Source: Chthoniobacterales bacterium | GTDB taxonomy: Bacteria > Verrucomicrobiota > Verrucomicrobiia > Chthoniobacterales > UBA6821 | Assembly (NCBI GenBank): GCA_036824855.1 | Contig: DAISZK010000001.1 | Coordinates: 345-64,344, forward strand | DNA length: 64,000 bases | Reading direction: 5' to 3' | Shown: positions 1-9,271 of the stretch, piece after piece | How positions within the stretch are numbered: the stretch's first letter is position 1 | Layout of the letters: each line of letters opens with the position of its first letter | Notes under the pieces: model-generated | The model's database searches: none | What the model saw: only the letters and a program-made list of their open reading frames with translations | What the model was told of the DNA's origin: nothing | Position numbers and translations under genes: made by a program

Positions 1-125
1 GTCACTCCGAGAACGGAGATCAGCGTGATCACTGCTAGAAAGGTACGCTTCGGCTTCAGGTAGCGGGCCGCAAGAAAGAGAGGCGCTGGCAGGCTTAAGC
101 TAGAGGACATACCGGATCGTGACAT
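1..125 (-). CDS. Partial CDS (N-terminus only, continues past the left edge): FtsX-like ABC permease of LolC/LolE or MacB type
   Basis: This CDS is not in the ORF track because it sits at the window edge. Hand translation of the minus strand from ATG 125..123 gives MSRSGMSSSLSLPAPLFLAARYLKPKRTFLAVITLISVLGV, with no stop before position 1. The ARYL-x-x-KR ... ISVLGV pattern is the usual N-terminal stub plus TM1 of Lol-type permeases. Confidence 0.4.
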   Translation of the reverse strand, partial: MSRSGMSSSLSLPAPLFLAARYLKPKRTFLAVITLISVLGV

Positions 126-161
126 GACGGGGTCGGAATAAAAATCTAATCTATTATCCAG

Positions 162-1499
162 CTAGGCCGTTTGCAGGGGGCGTGCATGCGATGGGCGAAT
201 CAGGATCCGCGTCATGAACAAGGCTGCAAAGGAGAGGAGGCAGATACCGAGGAAGTAGACGCTGTGACGACGAATGTGAAAGGGGCCGACGAGCAAATCC
301 ATTCCCCCCAGAAGATCCAGAATGGCTCCCCAGACGATTGGGACGATCGCCATTCCAAAACTTCCGATCACTGTCGAGAGAGCAAAGAAGTGATTTTTAC
401 CCGATTCAGGGACCACCGACATGCCGAGATGCAGACTGGCCAGATTCAACCCAGCCACTCCCATTCCACCCGTAAAGTTCAGCAGGAGAACAACACGCCA
501 GTCTGGTCGGATCAATCCTGCCGACATCGCAAACCAGACTCCCAGCACCGTGGTGAAGAGGACGATCGAGGCCCTCATCACCGCAATACTCCCGGCAAGG
601 TCGACGATGCGACCCAACCACTGAAGAATCAGCAAGGGTGCAAAAAACGTTGCTGCCGAGAGGGCGAAGATCGTGGAGGGAGAGAATTGGGCCTGCATTC
701 GGAGGTACTCGACAGGGAAGACAGAGAGACCTCCTGTCACGGTTGCGTAAAGCAGACTGAAGAGAATCAGATTCCGGAATGGAGCCAGAGAGAGCATCTG
801 GAGAATCGAGATATGGTCCGAAGAGGCCGCGGCGGCTTCGGAATGACGGGCATCGGGTGTCATTCGGAGAAAGAGAAGGCTCACCACCGCTCCCGTGACC
901 GAGATGCAGAGCACCAGGGAGTAGCGCCATGGCTCGATCTGCCCCTTCATGAGAAGGGATGAAAGGAGCATGGTGAGCAACGATCCACCATACACAAAGG
1001 TATGATCAACCCCGATGTAGCGACCCCTCATGGAGCCCGGCACAACCCCAGTAATCCAGGGAAGGAATGCCGCAGAGGAAATCCCCCGGATCACATTGAA
1101 CAGGAAGAGGCTGCCCAGCAGTAAACCGAGCCGCACTTCCTTCGACCAGAACGAGAGCAGGGGGACGATCGCCGAGGTCGCGATGAAGATGGAGCGAAGT
1201 CCCCAACCCATCAGGGCAAAGGAGCGGTAGCTGTATTTTCCCAGGTGCCGTGCCGCAGGAAGCTGCAGCATGGTCATCAGCGGCGTGAAGGATTCAATGA
1301 TACCAAGCGTAATGGAGTTGGCCCCAAGCTCTTTTGCTAAAAGAACAATCGGAGCCCCCAGAATGATCTGGAAGCAGATTGCATTAAAAAAATTGAACCA
1401 ATGAAAATTAAAGATCCCGCGGGAATACGGGACAGGCATCAGCCCCAGCGGCCCGCGGTAGCCGGGCTCGGCTGCATTCTCGTCGGCAGGACCGGTCAC
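162..1499 (-). CDS. Polytopic membrane transporter, MFS-like
   Basis: The 445-aa ORF is hydrophobic throughout with about 12 predicted TM stretches. The GTG start at 1499 overlaps the lysS stop (GTGA). ATG at 1439 is an alternative start. Confidence 0.6.
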   Translation of the reverse strand: MTGPADENAAEPGYRGPLGLMPVPYSRGIFNFHWFNFFNAICFQIILGAPIVLLAKELGANSITLGIIESFTPLMTMLQLPAARHLGKYSYRSFALMGWGLRSIFIATSAIVPLLSFWSKEVRLGLLLGSLFLFNVIRGISSAAFLPWITGVVPGSMRGRYIGVDHTFVYGGSLLTMLLSSLLMKGQIEPWRYSLVLCISVTGAVVSLLFLRMTPDARHSEAAAASSDHISILQMLSLAPFRNLILFSLLYATVTGGLSVFPVEYLRMQAQFSPSTIFALSAATFFAPLLILQWLGRIVDLAGSIAVMRASIVLFTTVLGVWFAMSAGLIRPDWRVVLLLNFTGGMGVAGLNLASLHLGMSVVPESGKNHFFALSTVIGSFGMAIVPIVWGAILDLLGGMDLLVGPFHIRRHSVYFLGICLLSFAALFMTRILIRPSHARPLQTA

Positions 1500-3073
1500 G
1501 CCTTGGTGACCGCATCCTGTGCGGGAGCCTGGAGGCGTTGCTTGAGATGGGGGAATAGAATGACCTCCCGGATCGACTCCGCACCCGTGAGAAGCATCAC
1601 GAGACGATCGATGCCAATACCAATCCCCCCAGCCGGAGGCATTCCGTACTCGAGGGCCTCGAGGAATTCCGTGTCGATCTTCTGCTGCTCTTCACCAGCC
1701 TGATGCTCCAGGCGTTCGCGCTGGAGGTCGGGATCGTTCAGTTCGGAATAGCCCGGCGAGATCTCCTGTCCGTTGATGATCAGCTCGTAGACATCGACCT
1801 TCGAGGGATCGGCATCATTCAACCGCGCGAGAGGCACCAGTTCCTTCGGAACATGGGTGACAAAGCAGGGATCGATCGTCTTTTCCTCAACTAGCTTTTC
1901 AAAGACATGCTGGGTCATCTCGAACTCCTCGGGACAATGAGAGATATCGAGCTTCAGTTCGGCACAGCGAGCAATCTTCCCCGCCTTATCGAGCGAGAAC
2001 CATCCGGGAACAGCTTCCTCGATCAGATCGTTGTACGAAGCGCGTTTCCAGGGACGGGCGAGATTAATGGTCTTGGTGATATTCCCCTCCGCATCGCGGT
2101 GATGGACCTGATGGTCTTTGTTTCCAAGCATGACTGCCAAATGGCAGACCAACTCCTCCACAAGAACCGACATAAGCTGAAAGTCCGCGAAGGCCCAGTA
2201 GGCCTCGAGCATCGTAAACTCAGGATTATGACGTCGGGAGATTCCCTCATTGCGAAAACTGCGGTTGAGTTCGAAAACCTTGGGGAATCCGGCAACCAAA
2301 AGACGTTTCAGGTAGAGCTCGGGAGCAATACGCAGGAAGAAATCCATGCCAAGCGCATTGTGATGCGTCTTGAAGGGTTCGGCGGCAGCTCCTCCGGGAA
2401 TCGCCTGCATCATCGGTGTCTCCACCTCGAGGAACCCTCGCTCATCGAGGAAGCGGCGGATCTCGCGCACAATGGCTGAGCGTTGAAGGAAAATGGCACG
2501 AGAGGAGGGATTGGCAATTAGGTCCAGATAACGCTGGCGGTAACGCGTCTCGGGATCCTGAACCCCATGCCACTTATCGGGCAGGGGGCGGAGGGATTTG
2601 GACAGAATTTTAAGACTCCGGACCTTGATACTCGACTCGCCTGTCCGGGTGGTGAAGCACTCTCCTTCCACGCCGATGAAGTCTCCGATATCGAGCTGTG
2701 CAGCCACGGCCAGGGAGTTCTCATCGACTTCCTTGGCATTGATGTAAATCTGCATTCTCCCTCCCATGTCGGAGAGGTCGAGGAAACGACTCTTGCCCAT
2801 GTCGCGGTAGGCGGTGATGCGACCGGCCATCGTTACCACGCGCCCCTCGGCAAATCCATCCCGTACCTCGGCAACGGTTCCAGTGGATTCAAAGAGCCCG
2901 CCAAAGGGATCAATACCAAGGTCGCGGATGGCCTGAAGTTTTTGCCGGCGGATGGCGACGAGGTCGTTCAGTGGTGACGAAGACGACTCTGTCGACTCAG
3001 ATGAAGGGGTTGATGGCTGATTTGACTGTTCCACCTGTAAAGAGCAAACGGAGATGCCTGTTCGATCAATCAA
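1496..3073 (-). CDS. lysS: Lysine--tRNA ligase (class II)
   Basis: Class II motifs are present: FRNEGISRRHNPEFTMLE (motif 2) and PPAGGIGIGIDRLVMLL (motif 3), plus an N-terminal OB anticodon-binding region. The start is uncertain: the track start is TTG, and an in-frame GTG lies 13 codons downstream. Confidence 0.93.
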   Translation of the reverse strand: MIDRTGISVCSLQVEQSNQPSTPSSESTESSSSPLNDLVAIRRQKLQAIRDLGIDPFGGLFESTGTVAEVRDGFAEGRVVTMAGRITAYRDMGKSRFLDLSDMGGRMQIYINAKEVDENSLAVAAQLDIGDFIGVEGECFTTRTGESSIKVRSLKILSKSLRPLPDKWHGVQDPETRYRQRYLDLIANPSSRAIFLQRSAIVREIRRFLDERGFLEVETPMMQAIPGGAAAEPFKTHHNALGMDFFLRIAPELYLKRLLVAGFPKVFELNRSFRNEGISRRHNPEFTMLEAYWAFADFQLMSVLVEELVCHLAVMLGNKDHQVHHRDAEGNITKTINLARPWKRASYNDLIEEAVPGWFSLDKAGKIARCAELKLDISHCPEEFEMTQHVFEKLVEEKTIDPCFVTHVPKELVPLARLNDADPSKVDVYELIINGQEISPGYSELNDPDLQRERLEHQAGEEQQKIDTEFLEALEYGMPPAGGIGIGIDRLVMLLTGAESIREVILFPHLKQRLQAPAQDAVTKA

Positions 3074-3182
3074 AAACGGAGGAAAGACTCACAGGGATGA
3101 GGGAAATGCAGGGGATATCCTCAAATCACGATCGCTCCACTCCAACCCCTCCCTTGCATCCCCTTGATCTTTGGCAATTCTC

Positions 3183-4061
3183 TTACTTTCTTCGGGTCAC
3201 CAACTCCGCGGCGAGGCGGATGGCGGAAAGGAAGCTTTCTGGACGTGCCTTACCTGTACCTGCGATCTCATAAGCAGTTCCATGATCGGGACTGGTGCGG
3301 ATAAAGGGGAGGCCAAGGGTGACATTCACCCCATCATGGAATCCGAGAAGTTTCAGCGGGATAAGTCCCTGGTCGTGGTACATGCAGAGCACCCCGTCAA
3401 ACTCGCCGTTTGCAGCACGCCAGAAAACCGTGTCCGGACTGAAAGGACCGGCAAAGGAAACACCCTGATTCTCGGAAAGGAGTAGCGGCAGCGCAGGCTC
3501 GATCAGCCTTAATTCCTCATCACCAAGATCCCCCTGTTCGCCGGCATGGGGATTCAGGCCAGCAACGGCAATGCGTGGTGAAGTGATTCCACGCTGATTC
3601 AGGAACCGGGCGAGCAATCCCCCCACCCGGACGATCTCAGCGGTACTGAGGAGGCCGGCCACATTCTTCAGCGGCACATGTGCAGTAACCAAAGCCACGG
3701 TGAGAGGGCCGCCGGTGAGTAACATGGCGAAATTTGCGACTTGGGCACGAGCTGCAAAAAACTCTGTCTGCCCGGGAAATTCAAAACCTGCCTCATGCAG
3801 ATGCCTCTTGCTGACAGGTCCCGTGACGACGGCGGCAAGTTCACCAGAGAGAGCACGCCTTGCAGCCTCCTCTAACCCTGCAATCGCTCGTAAAGATCCC
3901 TCCCGAGAAGGATGTCCCGGATCGAGCGACGAAGGATCACCAATGATCTCGATACGGACTCCCTCGGCTTGATGGCCCTGATTCAAGGCTGCCTCGAGCA
4001 GTTCGGGGCCGACACCGGCGGGATCACCCGCGACGAGACCGATCACCGCTTGCTTCATCAC
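3183..4061 (-). CDS. pdxA: 4-hydroxythreonine-4-phosphate dehydrogenase family (PdxA)
   Basis: Motifs seen are GDPAGVGPELL, GLNPHAGE and IRTSPDHGTAYEIAGTGKA. The first codon is GTG, and ATG at 4058 is the adjacent alternative. Confidence 0.85.
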   Translation of the reverse strand: MMKQAVIGLVAGDPAGVGPELLEAALNQGHQAEGVRIEIIGDPSSLDPGHPSREGSLRAIAGLEEAARRALSGELAAVVTGPVSKRHLHEAGFEFPGQTEFFAARAQVANFAMLLTGGPLTVALVTAHVPLKNVAGLLSTAEIVRVGGLLARFLNQRGITSPRIAVAGLNPHAGEQGDLGDEELRLIEPALPLLLSENQGVSFAGPFSPDTVFWRAANGEFDGVLCMYHDQGLIPLKLLGFHDGVNVTLGLPFIRTSPDHGTAYEIAGTGKARPESFLSAIRLAAELVTRRK

Positions 4062-4070
4062 GGCGATTTC

Positions 4071-5075
4071 TTAAAGGATCTTGATGTACGCCTTTGCACG
4101 AAGCTCCTTAAGCCAGCGCTCCTGCCCCTTGAGCTTTTCCTCCTGGACGAGGGCTTGGACAATTTCAGGCTGAACCTCGGAAAGAGGCTTCGTGACAGCA
4201 GGCTTCACGGCCTCAACCATCAGGATGTAGTAGGCATTATCGAGAGGGATAACCGGGCTGATCTCCGAGGGCTTCAGCGAGAAAGCAATCTTGGCGAGTT
4301 CTTCGTTGAGCGTCTTGCGCTCGACCCATCCCCAGTCTCCGCCAGACTCATTGGTCGAATCCTCCGAGTACATCTGGGCCAGGCGATCAAACTCGGCACC
4401 ACCGGCGAGTTTATCCCTGATTTCTGCGGCCATCTGCTTCTTGCTGATGGAAGTGGCCGTGGAGGCGTCGCCACTTCCTGAGGCTGAATCCCCCTCCTTC
4501 AGTACGATCATGCGAAGCTTGATCTGCGCAGGGGTGGAATAGGAGGCACTGTGCTTCTCATAATATTCCCGGATCTTAACCGGGGAGACGATGATGTTTT
4601 CACTTGTCTTGGACTGGCGCATCGCCTGAACCGTGATCTTGTCTTTTTCGTTATCCCGGAAACGCGCCATGGTGTAGCCCTGCGCTTGGAGCGTTTTGAC
4701 AAAAGCGGTTCTGTCTCCTCCGAATTCCTGACGGATAATGCGCTGGATGCTGTCATCCACGATGTAGGAGGGAATATTGAATTCCTTTTTCTTGAACTCC
4801 TGAAGGATTAGATCCCGGTCAATGAGATCCTGGATCGCATGATCGCGCATCTCCTTGATCTTTTTCTGGAGTTCCTCTCCCTGATAAATTTCCGAAGCTG
4901 ATTTCTGCTGGGCGGCCACAAGTTCACGGACTTGGGAAAACGTGACGACATCGCCGTTCACGATGGCGGCGATTCCGTTGATCACCTCCTCGGCGGCAGG
5001 GAGAGTCGCCATTCCGCCAAGAGCGGTCAGAGCGACTACAGAGAGAAAAAATGGTGAAAATCTAATGGAGATCAT
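4071..5075 (-). CDS. Periplasmic chaperone / peptidyl-prolyl isomerase, SurA-like (parvulin domain)
   Basis: The protein has a signal peptide and a SurA-N-like region (INGIAAIVNGDVVTFSQV). A PPIC-type rotamase region follows (IKLRMIVLK ... GGDWGWVERKTL). Confidence 0.75.
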   Translation of the reverse strand: MISIRFSPFFLSVVALTALGGMATLPAAEEVINGIAAIVNGDVVTFSQVRELVAAQQKSASEIYQGEELQKKIKEMRDHAIQDLIDRDLILQEFKKKEFNIPSYIVDDSIQRIIRQEFGGDRTAFVKTLQAQGYTMARFRDNEKDKITVQAMRQSKTSENIIVSPVKIREYYEKHSASYSTPAQIKLRMIVLKEGDSASGSGDASTATSISKKQMAAEIRDKLAGGAEFDRLAQMYSEDSTNESGGDWGWVERKTLNEELAKIAFSLKPSEISPVIPLDNAYYILMVEAVKPAVTKPLSEVQPEIVQALVQEEKLKGQERWLKELRAKAYIKIL

Positions 5076-5115
5076 AATGAAGGGACGTCGAAGGAACAGA
5101 GGAACGGTATCGTTT

Positions 5116-8100
5116 CTAAACCTTCAACGCCTCCAGAAAGCGCAAAATCTCGGAAAGCTTGGAAGCCGGCTTGGAGGCCGTCAAGCGTGGAAACCGATGG
5201 CCAATGAGAAGGTAGTCACCACGGCGGGTCAGCATCAGTCGCTCCCCCCGTGTCTCCACTTTGGTAATTCCCTTCGAAGCGGCAGCACGACGGATCCGTT
5301 CGGTGGCAAAGAGGTGACTGATCTCCTGGGGGAGCGGGCCGAAACGATCGCGCCAGGAAGTTGCAATCATCTCGAGAGCAGCAATATCCGGAGCTGAGGC
5401 AAGGGATCGGTGTGCCTCAATCCTGAGTCTCGCCTCGGGAAGGTAGGTGGAGGGAATAAAAGCCCCGCAGCGGCTGATTTTTGGTCCACTCTCCGGTTTG
5501 GGGGTTACACGGGAGAGTTCCTCCGGAGTCATCGCCACAAAATCTAGCCTCAAGACCGATTGATTGCCGGGATCAAGTTCACCGGATCCCCCCGACTCAC
5601 CCTTCATCCTGGCAACAGCCTGACGCAGCATCCTGCAATAGAGATCGAAACCAACGGCTGCTATCTGACCACTCTGGGCGGTCCCGAGTAAATTTCCAGC
5701 ACCACGGATCTCCAGATCACGCATGGCAATCCGGAACCCGGCACCGAGTTGAGAATATTGGCGAATTGCCTGCACGCGGCGCCGCGCCTCCCCGACCATC
5801 ATCATGTCGCGCGGAAGCATCAGATAGGCGTAGGCCTTCTGGCGTCCGCGTCCGACTCTCCCCCGGAGTTGGTAGAGATCGGCAAGTCCGAAGCGATCTG
5901 CGCGGTCAATAATGATGGTGTTGGCATTCGGGATATCAAGACCGCTCTCGATGATGGTCGTGGAGACCAAGACATCGGCTTCACCCTCCACGAAACTCTT
6001 CATCACTCCCTCCAGTTCCCCCTCCTCCATCTGACCGTGACCCACAATCACTCGGGCTCCGGGACAGAGTTCACCAATCCGAGAAGCGACTTTCTCGATC
6101 GTTCCGATCCGGTTGTGCAAAAGATAAACTTGGCCACCCCGGGCACGTTCGCGCTGGATCGCATCCCTGATCACACGTTCATCGTACGCGCAGATCACGG
6201 TCTCCACCGGTTGACGATCAGGAGGTGGCGTCTCGATCACTGACATGTCGCGAGCACCCATAAGGGAAAGATAGAGAGTTCTGGGAATCGGGGTTGCCGA
6301 GAGTGTGAGTACATCGATTAGACGGAAGCGCTCTTTCAGGGCCTCCTTATGCTTCACTCCGAACCGCTGCTCCTCGTCGACAATCACCATGCCGATGTCC
6401 TTGAAGATGACATCCGGGGAGAGGAGACGGTGCGTTCCCACAACCAGATCGACCGAACCATCCGCAAGACCCTTGACCACCTCGCGCTGCTCGGCCGCCG
6501 TGCGGTAGCGACTCAGCAGCTCGATCTTCACCGGATATTCGCTCATTCGTTCACGAAGAGTCCGAACGTGTTGCTGCGCCAAGACTGTGGTCGGAGCAAG
6601 GAAAACGACCTGCTTGCCTCCCATTAATGCCTTGAAGGCTGCGCGCAGGGCAACCTCGGTCTTCCCGAATCCAACATCCCCACAGAGCAGCCGATCCATG
6701 GGGCGCCGGGATTCCATGTCCTGCTTAATCTCGGAAATGGCACGGAGTTGGTCCGCGGTTTCGCGGTAAGGAAAGCTCATCTCCAGCTCCCGTTGCCAAG
6801 GGGTATCTGGACCGAAAGCGTAACCTTGTCCCGTTTCCCGTTCTGCTTGGAGTTTCAGTAGACGCCCCGCATAGAGGAATACCGATTTTTCCGCGGCCTT
6901 TCTCGCCTTCGACCACTTGTCATCGCCGAGTGACGAGAGGTCAGGGGCATGTTTCCCAACGCCAACATAGCGCGAGACCTGCCAAGCCTGATCGATCGGG
7001 ACAAAGAGACGAGAATCGTTGGCAAATTCCAGCGCCAGCACCTCCCCCTCCGTGCCGTCGGCCGCGGGGAGACGCTGCAAGCCGAGATAACGCCCAATGC
7101 CATGCTCTGTATGAACGACAAGCTCCCCCTCGGCAAATTCCGTGAAATCGATGGCGGAACGTGAGGCACGCTGCTTCTCCCGGCGGAGGTGCAAGCGCCG
7201 AAGTCGCTGACTGGCAGACCTCCCGAAAAGTTCCGCATCGGAGAGGACAGCCAGCTTGCCAGCAGGAAAGCAGAAGCCTCGAGAAATCGAGCCAAGACGC
7301 ATTTCCGGGAGATTCTCCCCCGAGGAGAATTCGGGGAGTGCCGTAGCCAGTTCCCTAAAGCGCTCAGCCTCACCTTCCGTCGCGCTCAGAAGAAGGATAC
7401 GCCACCCCTCTTTTTTCCACGAATCCAGCTGGCGGAAAAACTCCTGCCTGCGCGTCTCATCAATTACAAAATCACCAGCACCAAAGGATGCAAAAGGAAT
7501 CGGATCAAAGGCCGTGATCTCGTGCTTCTCCGTAAGTTCAGCAGACTCTAGCGTCGGAACGGACGAAATAGCCAATCGCTTGCCATGAGGCATGAACGGC
7601 TGCGCCTCGGTCTTTCCGTTCGAACTCTTGTCTTTACTGCTAGCTTCCTCCTCCAGGCCGATCTCAACGACCAGATCATCCTCTTTCAAATAATCAGCCA
7701 GTCTGACACTTGGCCGATCCGTGTCTCCCATCTGGATCACACATTCATCGATCTCCCCCACGGAGGTCTGTGTATCGAGATCAAACTCCCGGATCGAGAC
7801 GATTCCTTCCTCATCAAACTCGAGACGGCACGGCATCGATTGCTGCCATGAAAAAAGATCCAGAATACCGCCCCTCAGGGCGAATTCACCACGACGCGTG
7901 ACTTGTGCAACCCTCTCGTAGCCTGAATCCTCCAGGGAGACGATCACCTTGCCGGGAGATCCCTTCCAACCCTTGGGAAGAGAGAGAAGATTACCGGTGA
8001 GATCAGCCACCGAAGGGACAAACTCTTCCCATTGAGAGGTGGTGATGACCGGAGCCAAAATTTCGCCGCCTGCGATGCGCCCAAGGAGTGATATTCTTTC

Positions 8101-8430
8101 CGAGGCTGTTTCGGGATCGGGGAGGCCGAGACCCGCAGCAGGAATCTCAAGGTCAGGGAAGAGGGTTGCCTGATGGATCCAGACCGCAAGCTCCGAGGCA
8201 AACTCTTCCTGGGAACGAACATCCCGGCAGACAAACCAGATGCGTGATCCTGCAGGCATTTGGCGCGCCGTGACAGCCGCAAGAAATGGCCACGCCTGTT
8301 CAGAGGCATCTCGGATCTCCAAGAATCCACCTGCGCCCTTGCGGGCACTTAATCCGACGAAGAGCTTACCTAGCCGCGGATGAGCGCCGACCGCATCCAG
8401 TAGATCGTTATGAGCGCCGGAGTAGCCCAT
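5116..8430 (-). CDS. mfd: Transcription-repair coupling factor
   Basis: Helicase motifs are CGDVGFGKTEVALRAAF, VIVDEEQRFGV, LTLSATPIPRTL and the TRG motif LYQLRGRVGRG, and a CarD-like region is present. The start is trimmed to ATG 8430 because the track start at 8595 would run deep into the upstream gene. Confidence 0.93.
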   Translation of the reverse strand: MGYSGAHNDLLDAVGAHPRLGKLFVGLSARKGAGGFLEIRDASEQAWPFLAAVTARQMPAGSRIWFVCRDVRSQEEFASELAVWIHQATLFPDLEIPAAGLGLPDPETASERISLLGRIAGGEILAPVITTSQWEEFVPSVADLTGNLLSLPKGWKGSPGKVIVSLEDSGYERVAQVTRRGEFALRGGILDLFSWQQSMPCRLEFDEEGIVSIREFDLDTQTSVGEIDECVIQMGDTDRPSVRLADYLKEDDLVVEIGLEEEASSKDKSSNGKTEAQPFMPHGKRLAISSVPTLESAELTEKHEITAFDPIPFASFGAGDFVIDETRRQEFFRQLDSWKKEGWRILLLSATEGEAERFRELATALPEFSSGENLPEMRLGSISRGFCFPAGKLAVLSDAELFGRSASQRLRRLHLRREKQRASRSAIDFTEFAEGELVVHTEHGIGRYLGLQRLPAADGTEGEVLALEFANDSRLFVPIDQAWQVSRYVGVGKHAPDLSSLGDDKWSKARKAAEKSVFLYAGRLLKLQAERETGQGYAFGPDTPWQRELEMSFPYRETADQLRAISEIKQDMESRRPMDRLLCGDVGFGKTEVALRAAFKALMGGKQVVFLAPTTVLAQQHVRTLRERMSEYPVKIELLSRYRTAAEQREVVKGLADGSVDLVVGTHRLLSPDVIFKDIGMVIVDEEQRFGVKHKEALKERFRLIDVLTLSATPIPRTLYLSLMGARDMSVIETPPPDRQPVETVICAYDERVIRDAIQRERARGGQVYLLHNRIGTIEKVASRIGELCPGARVIVGHGQMEEGELEGVMKSFVEGEADVLVSTTIIESGLDIPNANTIIIDRADRFGLADLYQLRGRVGRGRQKAYAYLMLPRDMMMVGEARRRVQAIRQYSQLGAGFRIAMRDLEIRGAGNLLGTAQSGQIAAVGFDLYCRMLRQAVARMKGESGGSGELDPGNQSVLRLDFVAMTPEELSRVTPKPESGPKISRCGAFIPSTYLPEARLRIEAHRSLASAPDIAALEMIATSWRDRFGPLPQEISHLFATERIRRAAASKGITKVETRGERLMLTRRGDYLLIGHRFPRLTASKPASKLSEILRFLEALKV

Positions 8431-9271
8431 GATTTTCCAAATAGGTGTGCGAGAGCGCCAGCGAGAGAGAGGGATCTTGAAGGATGACTCCATCCAGCGA
8501 GGAAACAGGCATGATGCCGAGACGGGAATTCGTGACCGCCATGGCAACAGCTTTCCCGAGATCAGCAGGACGCAGGTCGCGTTCCAGCACCCCATGATTC
8601 CTCTTCACCCAACCAAGCAGGGCTCCGGAGCGGGCTCCTCGCGCAAGGGGAGGCGTGCAGAGGACTATTCCTTTCCTTGTTCGTCTCCAGACGAGCAGGT
8701 TGCCCATGGCGCAGGAGATGGCATAACCCTTTGCATCGAGCACGATTCCCTCGTTGGCTCCATTGGCACGGGCTTCAACAATCGCCTTGAGATGCTCGGC
8801 ATAATTACCGGATTTCTCACCCCAATGGTCTCCGAGGAAGGGTCTCTGCAAAACCGTGAGGCGAAATCCTTGTGCGAGTTCCGTTGCCGTCGGGAAAAGA
8901 GTCGGTTCCCAAGTCAGGTAGCATCCCGCATGACGAATCGGAGCCCCCGGAGCCCCCTCACCAGCTGTTAGATAGATTCGCAGCATGCCATCGACTAGAG
9001 AGACGCTTGCAACAAAGCGCTTCAAAGCAGCAGAAAGGGCTCCGGAAAAAGGAAATCCGTTACGCCTTGCGGCATCCTTAAGGAGCGCAAGATGCTCAAG
9101 AGCGAGGAGTGCCTTTCCCGTTCGGACCGCGATACTTTCAAAGAGATGCAGGCCATAGCGGAATCCGCGGTCGCTCAGCGGCAAGCCCGATGTATGAGAG
9201 ACAAGAGAGCGTCCATCCCAGCACCACGCCAGGAATTCCGAATCGGATGATCTCCTAGTCACAGGAAGCAA
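8408..9271 (-). CDS. Class IV (fold type IV) PLP enzyme, aminodeoxychorismate lyase-like
   Basis: At 287 aa it is the right size for the class IV aminotransferase family. It shows family-like blocks (RGFRYGLHLFESI, MLRIYLTAGEG). Calling it ADC lyase rather than BCAT/DAAT is an inference. The start is TTG or GTG. Confidence 0.55.
   Translation of the reverse strand: MLPVTRRSSDSEFLAWCWDGRSLVSHTSGLPLSDRGFRYGLHLFESIAVRTGKALLALEHLALLKDAARRNGFPFSGALSAALKRFVASVSLVDGMLRIYLTAGEGAPGAPIRHAGCYLTWEPTLFPTATELAQGFRLTVLQRPFLGDHWGEKSGNYAEHLKAIVEARANGANEGIVLDAKGYAISCAMGNLLVWRRTRKGIVLCTPPLARGARSGALLGWVKRNHGVLERDLRPADLGKAVAMAVTNSRLGIMPVSSLDGVILQDPSLSLALSHTYLENHGLLRRS

Noticed and set aside
8431-8595. N-terminal extensions given by the ORF track for mfd, and likewise for uppS to 11583, GH27 to 23776, the AraC gene from 36015, the heparinase-fold gene to 44541, the MgtE-like gene to 52357, and ilvE to 57480.
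   Set aside because: The extensions overlap the upstream gene, start at non-ATG codons or encode Arg/Ser/Pro-rich junk. In each case an internal ATG gives a proper N-terminus (a signal peptide or a conserved family start).
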